A stretch of 64,000 nucleotides of DNA from a bacterium (lineage in GTDB: Bacteria > Zhuqueibacterota > Zhuqueibacteria > Residuimicrobiales > Krinioviventaceae). The stretch covers positions 2,016,001-2,080,000 of the forward strand of contig OY843751.1 in the NCBI GenBank assembly GCA_963693055.1, in the 5' to 3' direction. Position numbers and translations under genes: made by a program. The notes under the pieces are model-generated. The model did not search any database, was not told the origin of the DNA, and was given only the letters and a program-made list of their open reading frames with translations. This document shows, piece after piece, positions 9,607 through 19,000 of this stretch (the stretch's first letter is position 1; each line of letters begins with the position of its first letter).

Positions 9607-10248
9607 ATGTACAATAATGATCTACGAGAAAAAATTCTAAACACGGCTATCCGTTTGTTTGCTAAACAGGGTTATAATGCTACAGGAGTGCGTCAGATTA
9701 CCAAAGAGGCTGATACTACTGTTTCTATGGTCAGTTATTATTTTGGTTCAAAAGAAGGAATTCTTCAGGAAATTATTGATGATTATTTTAGAAAAATTCA
9801 ACCCTTTGTTGATACTGCATTCAAAGATACAACTAGTCATGAAATGATGATAAGGAATTTTGTTAATAATTATTTAACAATAATCAAAGATTATCCTGAT
9901 CAGGTGCGCATTGTCAACCACGAGTTGGCTTTTGGTAATAGTAAAGTTGAAGATCTGCGTACTGAACATGTTAAAAGACATCAGAATAAAATTCAAGATT
10001 TTATACAAACTGATACTCAAGTCAATAAAGATATAGAATATGAAATGACCATCCTTTGGAGTGCACTTATGGGGATGGTTGTTTATCCGGTTATGCTGAA
10101 ACCTATCTATAGCAAAATATTTTTAGATACTGATCAGGAATTCATGGATCGTTTTGTAGATATAATCACCACAATGGCATTGAATGGAATGCAGCCGTTA
10201 TTAGAAAAAATGATGTCAATGCATGATGTAATGCATTCAAATTCTTAA
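9607..10248 (+). CDS. TetR/AcrR family regulator
   Basis: REKILNTAIRLFAKQGYNATGVRQI...YYFGSKEG. Confidence 0.92.
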   Translation: MYNNDLREKILNTAIRLFAKQGYNATGVRQITKEADTTVSMVSYYFGSKEGILQEIIDDYFRKIQPFVDTAFKDTTSHEMMIRNFVNNYLTIIKDYPDQVRIVNHELAFGNSKVEDLRTEHVKRHQNKIQDFIQTDTQVNKDIEYEMTILWSALMGMVVYPVMLKPIYSKIFLDTDQEFMDRFVDIITTMALNGMQPLLEKMMSMHDVMHSNS

Positions 10249-10309
10249 AAACACCACGTCCCATGGTGTCTTACAGGCCGGTTAAAAAAAATATTTTTTT
10301 AGCCGGCTC

Positions 10310-11092
10310 TTATTTTTGGGGATGTAATGTTAGCCAGAACCTCAGGTTTTTATCGCCGGGAGTGGCAATATCTTTAAACATGGAGAACCACCCATTTTTT
10401 TCTCCACCCCAACCAAAATTCAGATGTACCATGAATTTATCATTTTCAAATCGATACCCATCAATAACAACTGCGTGCCCGCTTCCTTTAACATCCATGT
10501 TTCTATAGTAGAAAAAAACAGGGTTACCCAACTCAATCTCATGTATAACCAGATTTCTGATTTTTCTTTTACCTTGTAGTAATCCTTTATACTGCAAATA
10601 GAGCTGTGCTTTAACAGGTAAATGTTTTTCTATAATTTTTTTGGAGGGCATCATGGTCATGTATCTTCCTCTTCCAAAATCTTTTTGAACAACTAGAGCA
10701 GACGCATAACAATATTCGGCAATTTGTTGTGAAATACTGTCCGGAGTATCCTTTTTAATCTGATCGGCAAAGTTATCCCAAATGATTGTAAAATCCGATA
10801 AATTTTCATCTATTTCATATCCTTTAGAACACGTGTATTTTACTTTGCCGTGAGGTATCAATTTATGATGATACATTATCTGTGCAAGAGCGGTTGACCA
10901 GCAACCCATTGTATTGCTTTCTGGCTCTGGTGTAAATGCAGCATAGGGACCGCTTCCCGTCCAGTTTGTAGATAGTAAAACGGTATTTTCTCTGTGATTA
11001 GGAGAGGGAGAGTAAAAAGGAAGGTTTGAATACAGGGTGTAAATTAAAACAATTGCAACAAGAATGATAATTGAATATTTGATGGTTTTCAT
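10310..11092 (-). CDS. Peptidase C10 (streptopain-like), without pro-domain
   Basis: GCWSTALAQIM, GHAVVIDGY, HLNFGWGG. Confidence 0.85.
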   Translation of the reverse strand: MKTIKYSIIILVAIVLIYTLYSNLPFYSPSPNHRENTVLLSTNWTGSGPYAAFTPEPESNTMGCWSTALAQIMYHHKLIPHGKVKYTCSKGYEIDENLSDFTIIWDNFADQIKKDTPDSISQQIAEYCYASALVVQKDFGRGRYMTMMPSKKIIEKHLPVKAQLYLQYKGLLQGKRKIRNLVIHEIELGNPVFFYYRNMDVKGSGHAVVIDGYRFENDKFMVHLNFGWGGEKNGWFSMFKDIATPGDKNLRFWLTLHPQK

Positions 11093-11127
11093 AGCAGTTC
11101 CGTATTTAAAGTGGTTTGTTGTAATAC

Positions 11128-11154
11128 ATACGGAACATCATTGTTTCTGTTACA
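11128..11154 (-). promoter_or_regulatory. Candidate ECF-sigma promoter for the C10 peptidase
   Basis: Minus strand TGTAAC-N16-CGTAT. Confidence 0.4.
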
Positions 11155-11188
11155 AAAAAATACCCGCTTTTAATAAATAAAAGCGGGT
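11154..11188 (-). terminator. Intrinsic terminator after GH172
   Basis: ACCCGCTTTT/AAAAGCGGGT stem with an A-run on the + strand to its left. Confidence 0.7.
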
Positions 11189-11206
11189 TGATTGATTATA
11201 TGTCGA

Positions 11207-12364
11207 TTATTGAATTTCTAAATAATCCTTGTCTGGCAGCTCTGGGAATTTCGCATGTGGCTCTTGTTGATACCAGAAAGCGACAGAAGAGATATCATCC
11301 TGAAGAGGTAAATATCTGCCACCGCTTCTCCAACCAAGAGCCTGCATGGTAACTTTGAGGTTTTTATCAAAACGAACCGGATCTGTTATATGCCAACGAT
11401 ACAAACCGAAACGGGTTTGTGATTTGCGCAAAGGTTCTGTATCCGCTTTTACGACATAAAATCCAGCATAAGGAGTTGTGTATTCCCGATATTCTTTGAC
11501 ACCATCTTCACGAAGCGCTGAAAATCCATACGAACCACAGAAATAGTCTTCAGTACCGGTACCGCAGATGGTTGGAAATTGTTTATCACCATCCATGAAA
11601 AATTTAATTTCACCTTCACCCCACCAGCTGTTATTATTAGAACCCCAGGCCATATATGTACCTACAAAATGACCTTTACCTTTAACACCATCCAGAATAG
11701 TAAAATCTTCTTTATATGGCAAGGGATTGGTTCTGCGGAATTGCGCGTGAAAATATGCTGCATCATCAGATATTTCTGTGAGTGTGTAATTGATTTGAAA
11801 ATACAATTTCATTCTTTTGTCATCAAGATTAGTCATTGTGATTTTGCATTTTTTACGAAAAGGCATGATCCAATAAGAATTAAAGGCACTGCCAGGATTT
11901 ACACATACCGGTATTGAAGATATATGTTTATATGTCTTCCACCCCTGGCAAAAGAAATCACCAACAGGGACTTCAACAGAGGGTTCTGTTTCATCATCAT
12001 AATAGATTCGAATAATTGAGAATCTCCAATCACCAGTTGGTGTCATCCAAATTTGTTGAATAGCACCGGGACCTTCTATGTCAGCCAGTGTAAAGGTTTG
12101 TTTAGATTCAATATGAATATAGGGATTTACTTTCCATCCTTGTCCCAAATCTCTAGCAGCTTTTGCGGCTGTACCTTCTTCAAGGGTTGCCATGCCGCCT
12201 TTACCTTTCTCGCCGGTTAAATTTTCAGGACTAATGGAACGGGTTTTGGCATTAGACAATAATGTCAGATCACCCAAATTAGATGACAATCCATTAAATG
12301 ATTGGGCCTGTACAAACCCAATTGTAAATACCAACAATAACAATACTGTGATTCTAACTCTCAT
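11207..12364 (-). CDS. Glycoside hydrolase family 172 (DUF2961)
   Basis: RSISPENLTGEKGKGG, VPVGDFF, WWGEGE, CGTGTEDYF, DDISSVAFWYQ. Confidence 0.92.
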   Translation of the reverse strand: MRVRITVLLLLVFTIGFVQAQSFNGLSSNLGDLTLLSNAKTRSISPENLTGEKGKGGMATLEEGTAAKAARDLGQGWKVNPYIHIESKQTFTLADIEGPGAIQQIWMTPTGDWRFSIIRIYYDDETEPSVEVPVGDFFCQGWKTYKHISSIPVCVNPGSAFNSYWIMPFRKKCKITMTNLDDKRMKLYFQINYTLTEISDDAAYFHAQFRRTNPLPYKEDFTILDGVKGKGHFVGTYMAWGSNNNSWWGEGEIKFFMDGDKQFPTICGTGTEDYFCGSYGFSALREDGVKEYREYTTPYAGFYVVKADTEPLRKSQTRFGLYRWHITDPVRFDKNLKVTMQALGWRSGGRYLPLQDDISSVAFWYQQEPHAKFPELPDKDYLEIQ

Positions 12365-12396
12365 AACTTCCTCCGTTATTTTTTTATTATGATTGC

Positions 12397-13128
12397 TTAA
12401 GACCAGATTGTTTTTGCTCTGCACAATTCGCTATTGTCACTTTTACGTTTCAGACTGTGCAGTATTTCTCCATTTCCATTGTAACTGTACATCGTGTTTA
12501 TGGTATCGTTTTGTAATGCTTCATTAATAAAGTTAATTTCCAACTCTAAAAGTTGATGCTTTTTACAAAAGTCAGGATCCAGTGCATTTACTATATATTC
12601 AATATATTTTACATTGTTAACATGTCCGTTCACATCCAAATCAGTAAAGGTTACAGGTTGTGAAAAAGTATGTTCAAGATTGTCCATAGGTGAGATTTTA
12701 GCCGCATAGTCATCTAAAGCTTTTTCAGGATGAAGCGGCCTCTCTGCAAGATAAGTATCAATTCTTTGAGGACGTCTCGAGTCGAGGTTGATAACCAACC
12801 AGGTAGTTGTTGCTCTGCCAATGGTCTCGTTATCACTGTTTTCTATTTTAAAATCACGATAAAAGAACATTCTATCCATTCCGGAAGGCCATGTATGTAC
12901 GGTTATGCTATCTCCCCATTTGGGATATTTTTGTAAAGAAATTCTTTGTCTTGCCAGCACCCAGGCGAGATTTTGCTTAACCAGGTGACTGAAACCCAAC
13001 TCCAGATGTTCGGCATGGTTCCATGCTGTCTCTTGTAAATAATTACTAATTGCTGGAATTGTAGCATTGCTGTTTATATCAGCTTCATAAGAATGTATTT
13101 TAAATTCATTTTGCCATATCAACTTCAT
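12397..13128 (-). CDS. Acyl-ACP thioesterase
   Basis: YLQETAWNHA, WVLAR..YPKWGD, DLDVNGHVNNVKY. Confidence 0.9.
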   Translation of the reverse strand: MKLIWQNEFKIHSYEADINSNATIPAISNYLQETAWNHAEHLELGFSHLVKQNLAWVLARQRISLQKYPKWGDSITVHTWPSGMDRMFFYRDFKIENSDNETIGRATTTWLVINLDSRRPQRIDTYLAERPLHPEKALDDYAAKISPMDNLEHTFSQPVTFTDLDVNGHVNNVKYIEYIVNALDPDFCKKHQLLELEINFINEALQNDTINTMYSYNGNGEILHSLKRKSDNSELCRAKTIWS

Positions 13129-13145
13129 ATGATTATCCTGTATTC

Positions 13146-15065
13146 TTAGTTTTCGTAGGGAATCCAAACTGTCATTTCACCAGCTCCGCGATGCGCCCAT
13201 GAATAATAGGGGATTGCTGTTAATAGTTGGTCTTTACCATCTTTGGTTTTCGCAGGACCTGATATTGTGTGAATACCTCTCAAAAGTTCAGGTCTTTCAT
13301 TCGAGATAAAATGGGTATCCTTTGGAATAACGAGCTTTCTTGCCAGATTATTATTGTCTGCCCATTCTATACAATAGACCAGGGGACCGCGTTGCAGTGC
13401 TATTTTATTTTCATTTTCTTTAACTTTGATGTTGCTCTTGATTTTTCTCACCGGCATTTGTAGATAAAGGCTTATATTATCACCTTTTTGCCAGGTTCTT
13501 GTAATAATTGCATATCCGTTTTCAACTGTATAATTGATAAAGCAATTATTAACCTTGATTTCTGGTGCAAGAATTCTCTTTTCTTTGAAATTGTACAAGT
13601 CTCCTGGTACGGGACTGTTCATAGACCATCCGGGGATTCGAAATGCAATTGTAAACAGTTTGTTTTCATTCGGTTCAATTGTGTAATTAATAAATCCATT
13701 CCATGGATAATCTGATTCTTGTTTTACAGTAATTGAATTGTCTGGCAATTCCAGCTTTGCCGTGCTCGCAATAAATAGATTGCTGTAAATAGTGTCATTT
13801 CTAACGGCATACATATAACCTGGCAGCGATGGCAAAAATCTTGCTACATTTACCGGACAGCAAGCACAATCAAACCATGGACTTCTTTTATGATATCCAT
13901 CAGATTCCAAAGGGTTGGGGTAAAAGAATTCATTTCCATCTAATGAAACACCAGACAAAAATCCGTTATATAAAGTGCGTTCAAACACATCTATATATTT
14001 TGCATCGCCATGCAGTAAAAACATGCGATAGTTCCATAGCATATTGGCAATTGCTGCACATGTTTCGTTATATGCTGAAAGATTTGGGAGTTCATAATCT
14101 TCACCAAAGGATTCTCCACTATAACGTGAACCAATTCCGCCGGTGATATAAAGTTTGGTATATACAGTGTTTTGCCAGATTTTGTTCAATGCTTGAATAT
14201 ATTCAGGATCTCCGGTCAGTGCAGCTGCATCGGCCATGCCGGAATACATATATGCTGCTCGTACCGCGTGGCCTGTTGGACGGTCCTGTTCAATAACAGG
14301 GATATGGTCCTGGCAATATTCTCCATAAAGTTCATGGTTTTCGCTTTGCCCACGTTGATCAAGAAAGAATTTTGCAAGTTCCAGGTAATCATTATTGCCG
14401 GTTATTCTGTAAAGTTTAAACAGGCCTATTTCTATTTCCTGGTGACCCGGAACATCGTATCGTTTACCGGGGCCAAATACTGAATATATCAAATCTGCGT
14501 TTTTAATAGCAACATCAAGTAAAGTCTTTTTACCCGTTGCCTGATAATGAGCAACAGCGGCTTCGTACATATGGCCCACATTATAGAGCTCGTGACTATG
14601 AACAAGATATGACCATCTAACGTCTCCGGCTTCTTTTGCAGGTTTATTCGGATTTATTGTTCGTGTGGTATAAAGATATCCATCATCTTCCTGGGCTGCT
14701 GCAATTTTGACAATTAGATCATCAAGGTACTTGGCGAGTTCAGGATCAGGATGTAAAGCCAGCGAGTATGACGCACCTTCAATAACTTTGAAAACATCAG
14801 AATCATTAAATCGAATGCCTTCAAATTCACCGTCTAAAAGTTTACCTGCTTTGCTGAAATTATCAATTCTGCCGGTTTCCTCACATTTTTTAAAATCATA
14901 AGGGATAGTAACCGTACGATTGGTTTCCAGACGGGGATTCCAAAAGTTATCAGTCAATTGGACTCGGTAAAATTCCACAGGTTGAATTGGGTAATCAGAT
15001 TTCAGAGAATGTGAACAGTTTAAGGATATTAGAAGCACTATTCCAAACCTGAATAATTTTAACAT
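13146..15065 (-). CDS. Glycoside hydrolase family 127 (beta-L-arabinofuranosidase-like), lipoprotein
   Basis: FNDSDVFK, HELYNVGH, GHAVRA, YNETCAAI, CACCPVN. Confidence 0.93.
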   Translation of the reverse strand: MLKLFRFGIVLLISLNCSHSLKSDYPIQPVEFYRVQLTDNFWNPRLETNRTVTIPYDFKKCEETGRIDNFSKAGKLLDGEFEGIRFNDSDVFKVIEGASYSLALHPDPELAKYLDDLIVKIAAAQEDDGYLYTTRTINPNKPAKEAGDVRWSYLVHSHELYNVGHMYEAAVAHYQATGKKTLLDVAIKNADLIYSVFGPGKRYDVPGHQEIEIGLFKLYRITGNNDYLELAKFFLDQRGQSENHELYGEYCQDHIPVIEQDRPTGHAVRAAYMYSGMADAAALTGDPEYIQALNKIWQNTVYTKLYITGGIGSRYSGESFGEDYELPNLSAYNETCAAIANMLWNYRMFLLHGDAKYIDVFERTLYNGFLSGVSLDGNEFFYPNPLESDGYHKRSPWFDCACCPVNVARFLPSLPGYMYAVRNDTIYSNLFIASTAKLELPDNSITVKQESDYPWNGFINYTIEPNENKLFTIAFRIPGWSMNSPVPGDLYNFKEKRILAPEIKVNNCFINYTVENGYAIITRTWQKGDNISLYLQMPVRKIKSNIKVKENENKIALQRGPLVYCIEWADNNNLARKLVIPKDTHFISNERPELLRGIHTISGPAKTKDGKDQLLTAIPYYSWAHRGAGEMTVWIPYEN

Positions 15066-15187
15066 AAGTTCTCCTGTCAATCTGTGGTTAAATATACAAT
15101 ATTGTGTGTCATTGCGCAAGATTTTATATTTGAATATAAAAACGAATGGCCCAATTGCTTTAGGGCCATTCATATTTATTATTGTTA

Positions 15188-15679
15188 TTATTTTTTTATG
15201 CCTGGTTCAGAGGCACCATAATTAACGATTTTGTTTTCACCATGAGCATTGTAAAACGTATTGCCTTCACTTACCCAGGCTTTAAAGCCGCCGTCAATAT
15301 CTTTAATATTTTTATATCCCAATTTTTCCAATGATTGCACTGAAAGACTGCTTCTGCCACCTGAACGACAATACAGAATCATTTCAGCATCCGGATCATC
15401 AGTCAAAGATGTAACTCCCCACTCAATTTTTCCACGAGGTATCCATTTTGCACCTGCTAAATGACCGGCATCGTATTCAGCTTTGGTTCTGACATCAATC
15501 AGGTAAAATTTTTCATCACTTTTCATTTTTTTGCTCAGATCAGATGGAGAAATATGCGAAATTGATGATTTTGTTTCTTTTACCAGTTCGTCAAGTTCCT
15601 CTTTTGGTGATGCAAAAACAAAGTTACTCAGATAAAGAAAGAAAAATATTGTTATTGTCAATGTGGATAGCTTTTTCAT
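15188..15679 (-). CDS. Secreted rhodanese-like sulfurtransferase
   Basis: IDVRT..EY..GHL; YCRSGGRS; GGFKAW. Confidence 0.88.
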   Translation of the reverse strand: MKKLSTLTITIFFFLYLSNFVFASPKEELDELVKETKSSISHISPSDLSKKMKSDEKFYLIDVRTKAEYDAGHLAGAKWIPRGKIEWGVTSLTDDPDAEMILYCRSGGRSSLSVQSLEKLGYKNIKDIDGGFKAWVSEGNTFYNAHGENKIVNYGASEPGIKK

Positions 15680-15704
15680 TATAAAAACTCCATTTGTGAA
15701 TTAT

Positions 15705-16229
15705 TTACTGATTTATCATTTTCCACATCCATTGTGCTGCAACAAGTGCAGGTGATAAAAGCAGGCATCCTGTTGCTGCAACTATACTGATATGGGTAAT
15801 ACTGTATATGTTTGAATGTAATAGTTCATAATAATAATATAAACTTGTCAAGAGCACTAAAAGATTGACTAAAACAATACGAATTGATTGTTTATTTAAA
15901 TTTATTAGTTGAATTAGATGAGCAATGGTGTGAAATGTAAAAACACCTGTCATGGCAATAAACAAGTTTAATAATATTGTATTGTTCGGATTTCGGATGG
16001 AAAAAAAAGAAATCGAAGAGAAAATAATAAACTCTGTAATAATTGCAAACTTGAATTCACCAAGGGATATATCAAAAGATTGCAAAAGTATTTGTTTTAG
16101 CTGGTTATTATTTGCAATTTCAGGGATTTTGTGCTTGTTGTTATCCAGCCATAAGCGTATTTCAAGCATCTCTTCTACATCATGTAATATGAAAAGAAAG
16201 GGGAGTATACTGGTAATAATTTTAAGCAT
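15705..16229 (-). CDS. HXXEE domain membrane protein
   Basis: LHDVEE motif; several TM segments. Confidence 0.8.
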   Translation of the reverse strand: MLKIITSILPFLFILHDVEEMLEIRLWLDNNKHKIPEIANNNQLKQILLQSFDISLGEFKFAIITEFIIFSSISFFSIRNPNNTILLNLFIAMTGVFTFHTIAHLIQLINLNKQSIRIVLVNLLVLLTSLYYYYELLHSNIYSITHISIVAATGCLLLSPALVAAQWMWKMINQ

Positions 16230-16234
16230 AATGA

Positions 16235-16972
16235 TTATTTTATTAAATTGAATAATTGAGTTAAAATTTCTGTTGCTTTGCCTTTTAAAAATATATCTGT
16301 TATTGTATTTGTAAATGCAGAAGGTTCTGCGTTTATTTCAATTATTGTGCTTCCTTTATCTTTCGCTTGGTAAGGAATATAACAAGCCGGCATTACTTCT
16401 CCTGTTGTTCCAATTACCAATACCACATCTGCAAGTTCTGCCTGAATAAAGGATTCATCATTAACGTGCGAAGGAATCATTTCACCAAAGAAAATAAAGT
16501 CTGGCTTTAATAGACCACCGCAGACAGGGCAAGCGGGGGGGAGTAGATCCAGACTAACATCAGGCTGTCTTGATTTTTTCAGGCAGTTTTGACATTCAAA
16601 GCGTTTTGTTGTTCCGTGAAATTCAAGAACGTTTTTACTGCCGGCATCCTGATGAAGGTTGTCAATATTTTGAGTGATTATGGATTTTATAATTCCTTTT
16701 TTTTCAAGTTCAGCTAGTTTGATATGAGCTGCATTGGGCTTTGCGTTGCCCATAAATTCGTAAAATATAGTATATATTTTTTCCCATGATTCTTTGGGGT
16801 GCGTATTAAAAAAGTCGAGTTCCAGGCAAGTAGGGTCATACTTTGACCATAATCCATCCGGACCTCTAAAAGGAGGTATCCCACTTTCTACTGAAATTCC
16901 TGCTCCTGTAAAAACAATGCAATGTTTGGATGCTGTAATGAACTTTGCTGCTTTTTGAATATCGTTCTGCAT
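16235..16972 (-). CDS. cobB: NAD-dependent protein deacylase (sirtuin)
   Basis: TGAGISVESGIPPFRG, TQNIDNLH, HG, CxxC/CxxC, GTTGEV. Confidence 0.92.
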   Translation of the reverse strand: MQNDIQKAAKFITASKHCIVFTGAGISVESGIPPFRGPDGLWSKYDPTCLELDFFNTHPKESWEKIYTIFYEFMGNAKPNAAHIKLAELEKKGIIKSIITQNIDNLHQDAGSKNVLEFHGTTKRFECQNCLKKSRQPDVSLDLLPPACPVCGGLLKPDFIFFGEMIPSHVNDESFIQAELADVVLVIGTTGEVMPACYIPYQAKDKGSTIIEINAEPSAFTNTITDIFLKGKATEILTQLFNLIK

Positions 16973-17231
16973 TATTGATCTTTCATTTGTATCAAAGAAT
17001 TTACAAATAATCTGCCAACAATACAAAAAGTATATTTCTAATAAAAATAGCTCCCAAATGATGGATTGGGAGCTATAGGAGGAGGATTGCAAGGAAAATA
17101 AACATCAATTGTTTTACATTAATTGCTGTTTTGAATTAGTAACAGTATAATAGACTCATATCTTCCCGGTTTTTTTAGGATTTTTCCTGGAATAAATTTT
17201 CTTGAATACGTATTGTTAATTAATAAAGTAG

Positions 17232-18092
17232 ATGTGTTTTATGATTATAATAAAGTTCCCACTATGGGGAGTATTGGGTTTTGTTTTAATGATTACCGGT
17301 TGGGCTTTTAACTGGTTTTTACCTGGAATGCGCTCACATCTCTTTTTTTTCCCCCTTTGGCTTGGATATTGTTTGGTAATTGATGCCTGGGTTTTTGTTC
17401 GCAAGGGTACATCGCTTTATTTTAGATCTGTACCACATTATATATGTTTATTTCTTATTTCTGCTCCGGTATGGTGGCTCTTTGAGTTGATCAACTGGAG
17501 AATGCAAAACTGGTTTTACCTGGGGCGTGAATCATTTACGGATTTACAATATTTTATTTTTGCCAGTATCAATTTTTCAACAGTAATTCCAGCGGTCTTT
17601 GGAACTGCTGAACTTGTAGGCTCGTTTCGATGGGTGAAAACTTTAAAACAAGGGCCTGCGATTCAATCCACGTTACGTTTAACTGTTTCATTATTATTGG
17701 CTGGTATGTCTGGCTTTCTTTTGTTAATGCTTTGGCCGCGTTATTTCTATCCCTTTGCCTGGGTTTCTTTGTATTTGGTTTTTGAATCTTTAAATGTATG
17801 GATGGGAAGACGTTCCTTATTGTATTATTTAAAAACGGGAGACTGGAGACCGGTCATCTCTTTAGCTCTTGGATGTTTGATTACCGGTTTCTTTTGGGAG
17901 TTTTGGAATTATTATTCTTATCCCAAATGGATTTATCATGTGCCCTTTGTTGATTTTTTGCATGTTTTTGAGATGCCAATTCTTGGATTTTTGGGATACA
18001 TTCCTTTTTCATTCGAATTGTTTGTAATCTATCATTTTATTGAAAGCATTTTTAACCGTTTTACAAACAAATCTTTTATAAATATTGTTTAA
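17232..18092 (+). CDS. Conserved polytopic membrane protein of unknown function
   Basis: Multiple TM segments; WWLFE..N..NW.Y and GFFWEFWNY...KW.Y...FEMP..G..GY.PF motifs. Confidence 0.65.
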   Translation: MCFMIIIKFPLWGVLGFVLMITGWAFNWFLPGMRSHLFFFPLWLGYCLVIDAWVFVRKGTSLYFRSVPHYICLFLISAPVWWLFELINWRMQNWFYLGRESFTDLQYFIFASINFSTVIPAVFGTAELVGSFRWVKTLKQGPAIQSTLRLTVSLLLAGMSGFLLLMLWPRYFYPFAWVSLYLVFESLNVWMGRRSLLYYLKTGDWRPVISLALGCLITGFFWEFWNYYSYPKWIYHVPFVDFLHVFEMPILGFLGYIPFSFELFVIYHFIESIFNRFTNKSFINIV

Positions 18093-18185
18093 GAAGAATA
18101 ATCTTTTTAAATTTGTTTCTAGTTGAACTTTTTTTTTGCAATCTTCCCAGTATCCTGAAACTAGATTCTATTATTAAGAGGTTTT

Positions 18186-18845
18186 ATGAGCATCATCAAT
18201 GATATGACAAATGATCCAATTAAGCAGGAGATTATGGAACAGCGTGTATATGAAATGTTAATTAATATGCAGCAACGTCGTTCTGTAAGAAAATTTTCCT
18301 CAACGCCAGTACCTGTGAATATTATAAAAAATTGCATTAGGGTTGCTGCATCTGCTCCCAGTGGGGCCAATCAACAACCCTGGCATTTTGTAGTTGTTAC
18401 GGATCCTTTAATAAAGAAACAGATACGAACAGAAGCAGAAAAAATTGAATATGATTTTTATACCCGGACTGCTCCGCAATCATGGTTAGATGCCCTGAAA
18501 CCCTTTGGAACCAATTTTGAAAAGCCCTTTCTTGAGGAAGCCCCTTTTTTAATTATATTATTTATGAAAAAATATGACTTGAAATCTGATGGAACCATTG
18601 TTAGACATTATTACCCTTTAGAATCTGCAAGTATATCTTTGGGTATGCTTTTAACAGCCATTCATACCGCCGGCCTTTCATCACTCGTTTATACACCCGC
18701 CAAAATGGGATTCCTGAAATCCCTTCTTAATCGTCCTGAAAACGAAAAAGCATTATCTATTGTTGTTGCAGGATTTCCGAATCCTGATTTTGATCAACCA
18801 TTAATATCAAAAAAACCATTGAATGAATTTGTAACTTTAATTTAA
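18186..18845 (+). CDS. Nitroreductase-family flavoprotein, iodotyrosine deiodinase-like
   Basis: RRSVRKFS, APSGANQQPW, lid ExxFY...KPFLEEAP, YY..ES. Confidence 0.8.
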   Translation: MSIINDMTNDPIKQEIMEQRVYEMLINMQQRRSVRKFSSTPVPVNIIKNCIRVAASAPSGANQQPWHFVVVTDPLIKKQIRTEAEKIEYDFYTRTAPQSWLDALKPFGTNFEKPFLEEAPFLIILFMKKYDLKSDGTIVRHYYPLESASISLGMLLTAIHTAGLSSLVYTPAKMGFLKSLLNRPENEKALSIVVAGFPNPDFDQPLISKKPLNEFVTLI

Positions 18846-19000
18846 AGTGTTATTTAATATTTTGGAATGGTTTATGCTTATGTTTTTTTACTTGTTTAGG
18901 AGATTTTATAATTCTGCTAGAAAACAAAATAAATAATAATCTTGATCTGCCAATTGTCCATACTAGTGCAGAAAATAGACGTAAAATTATACACAGTAAT

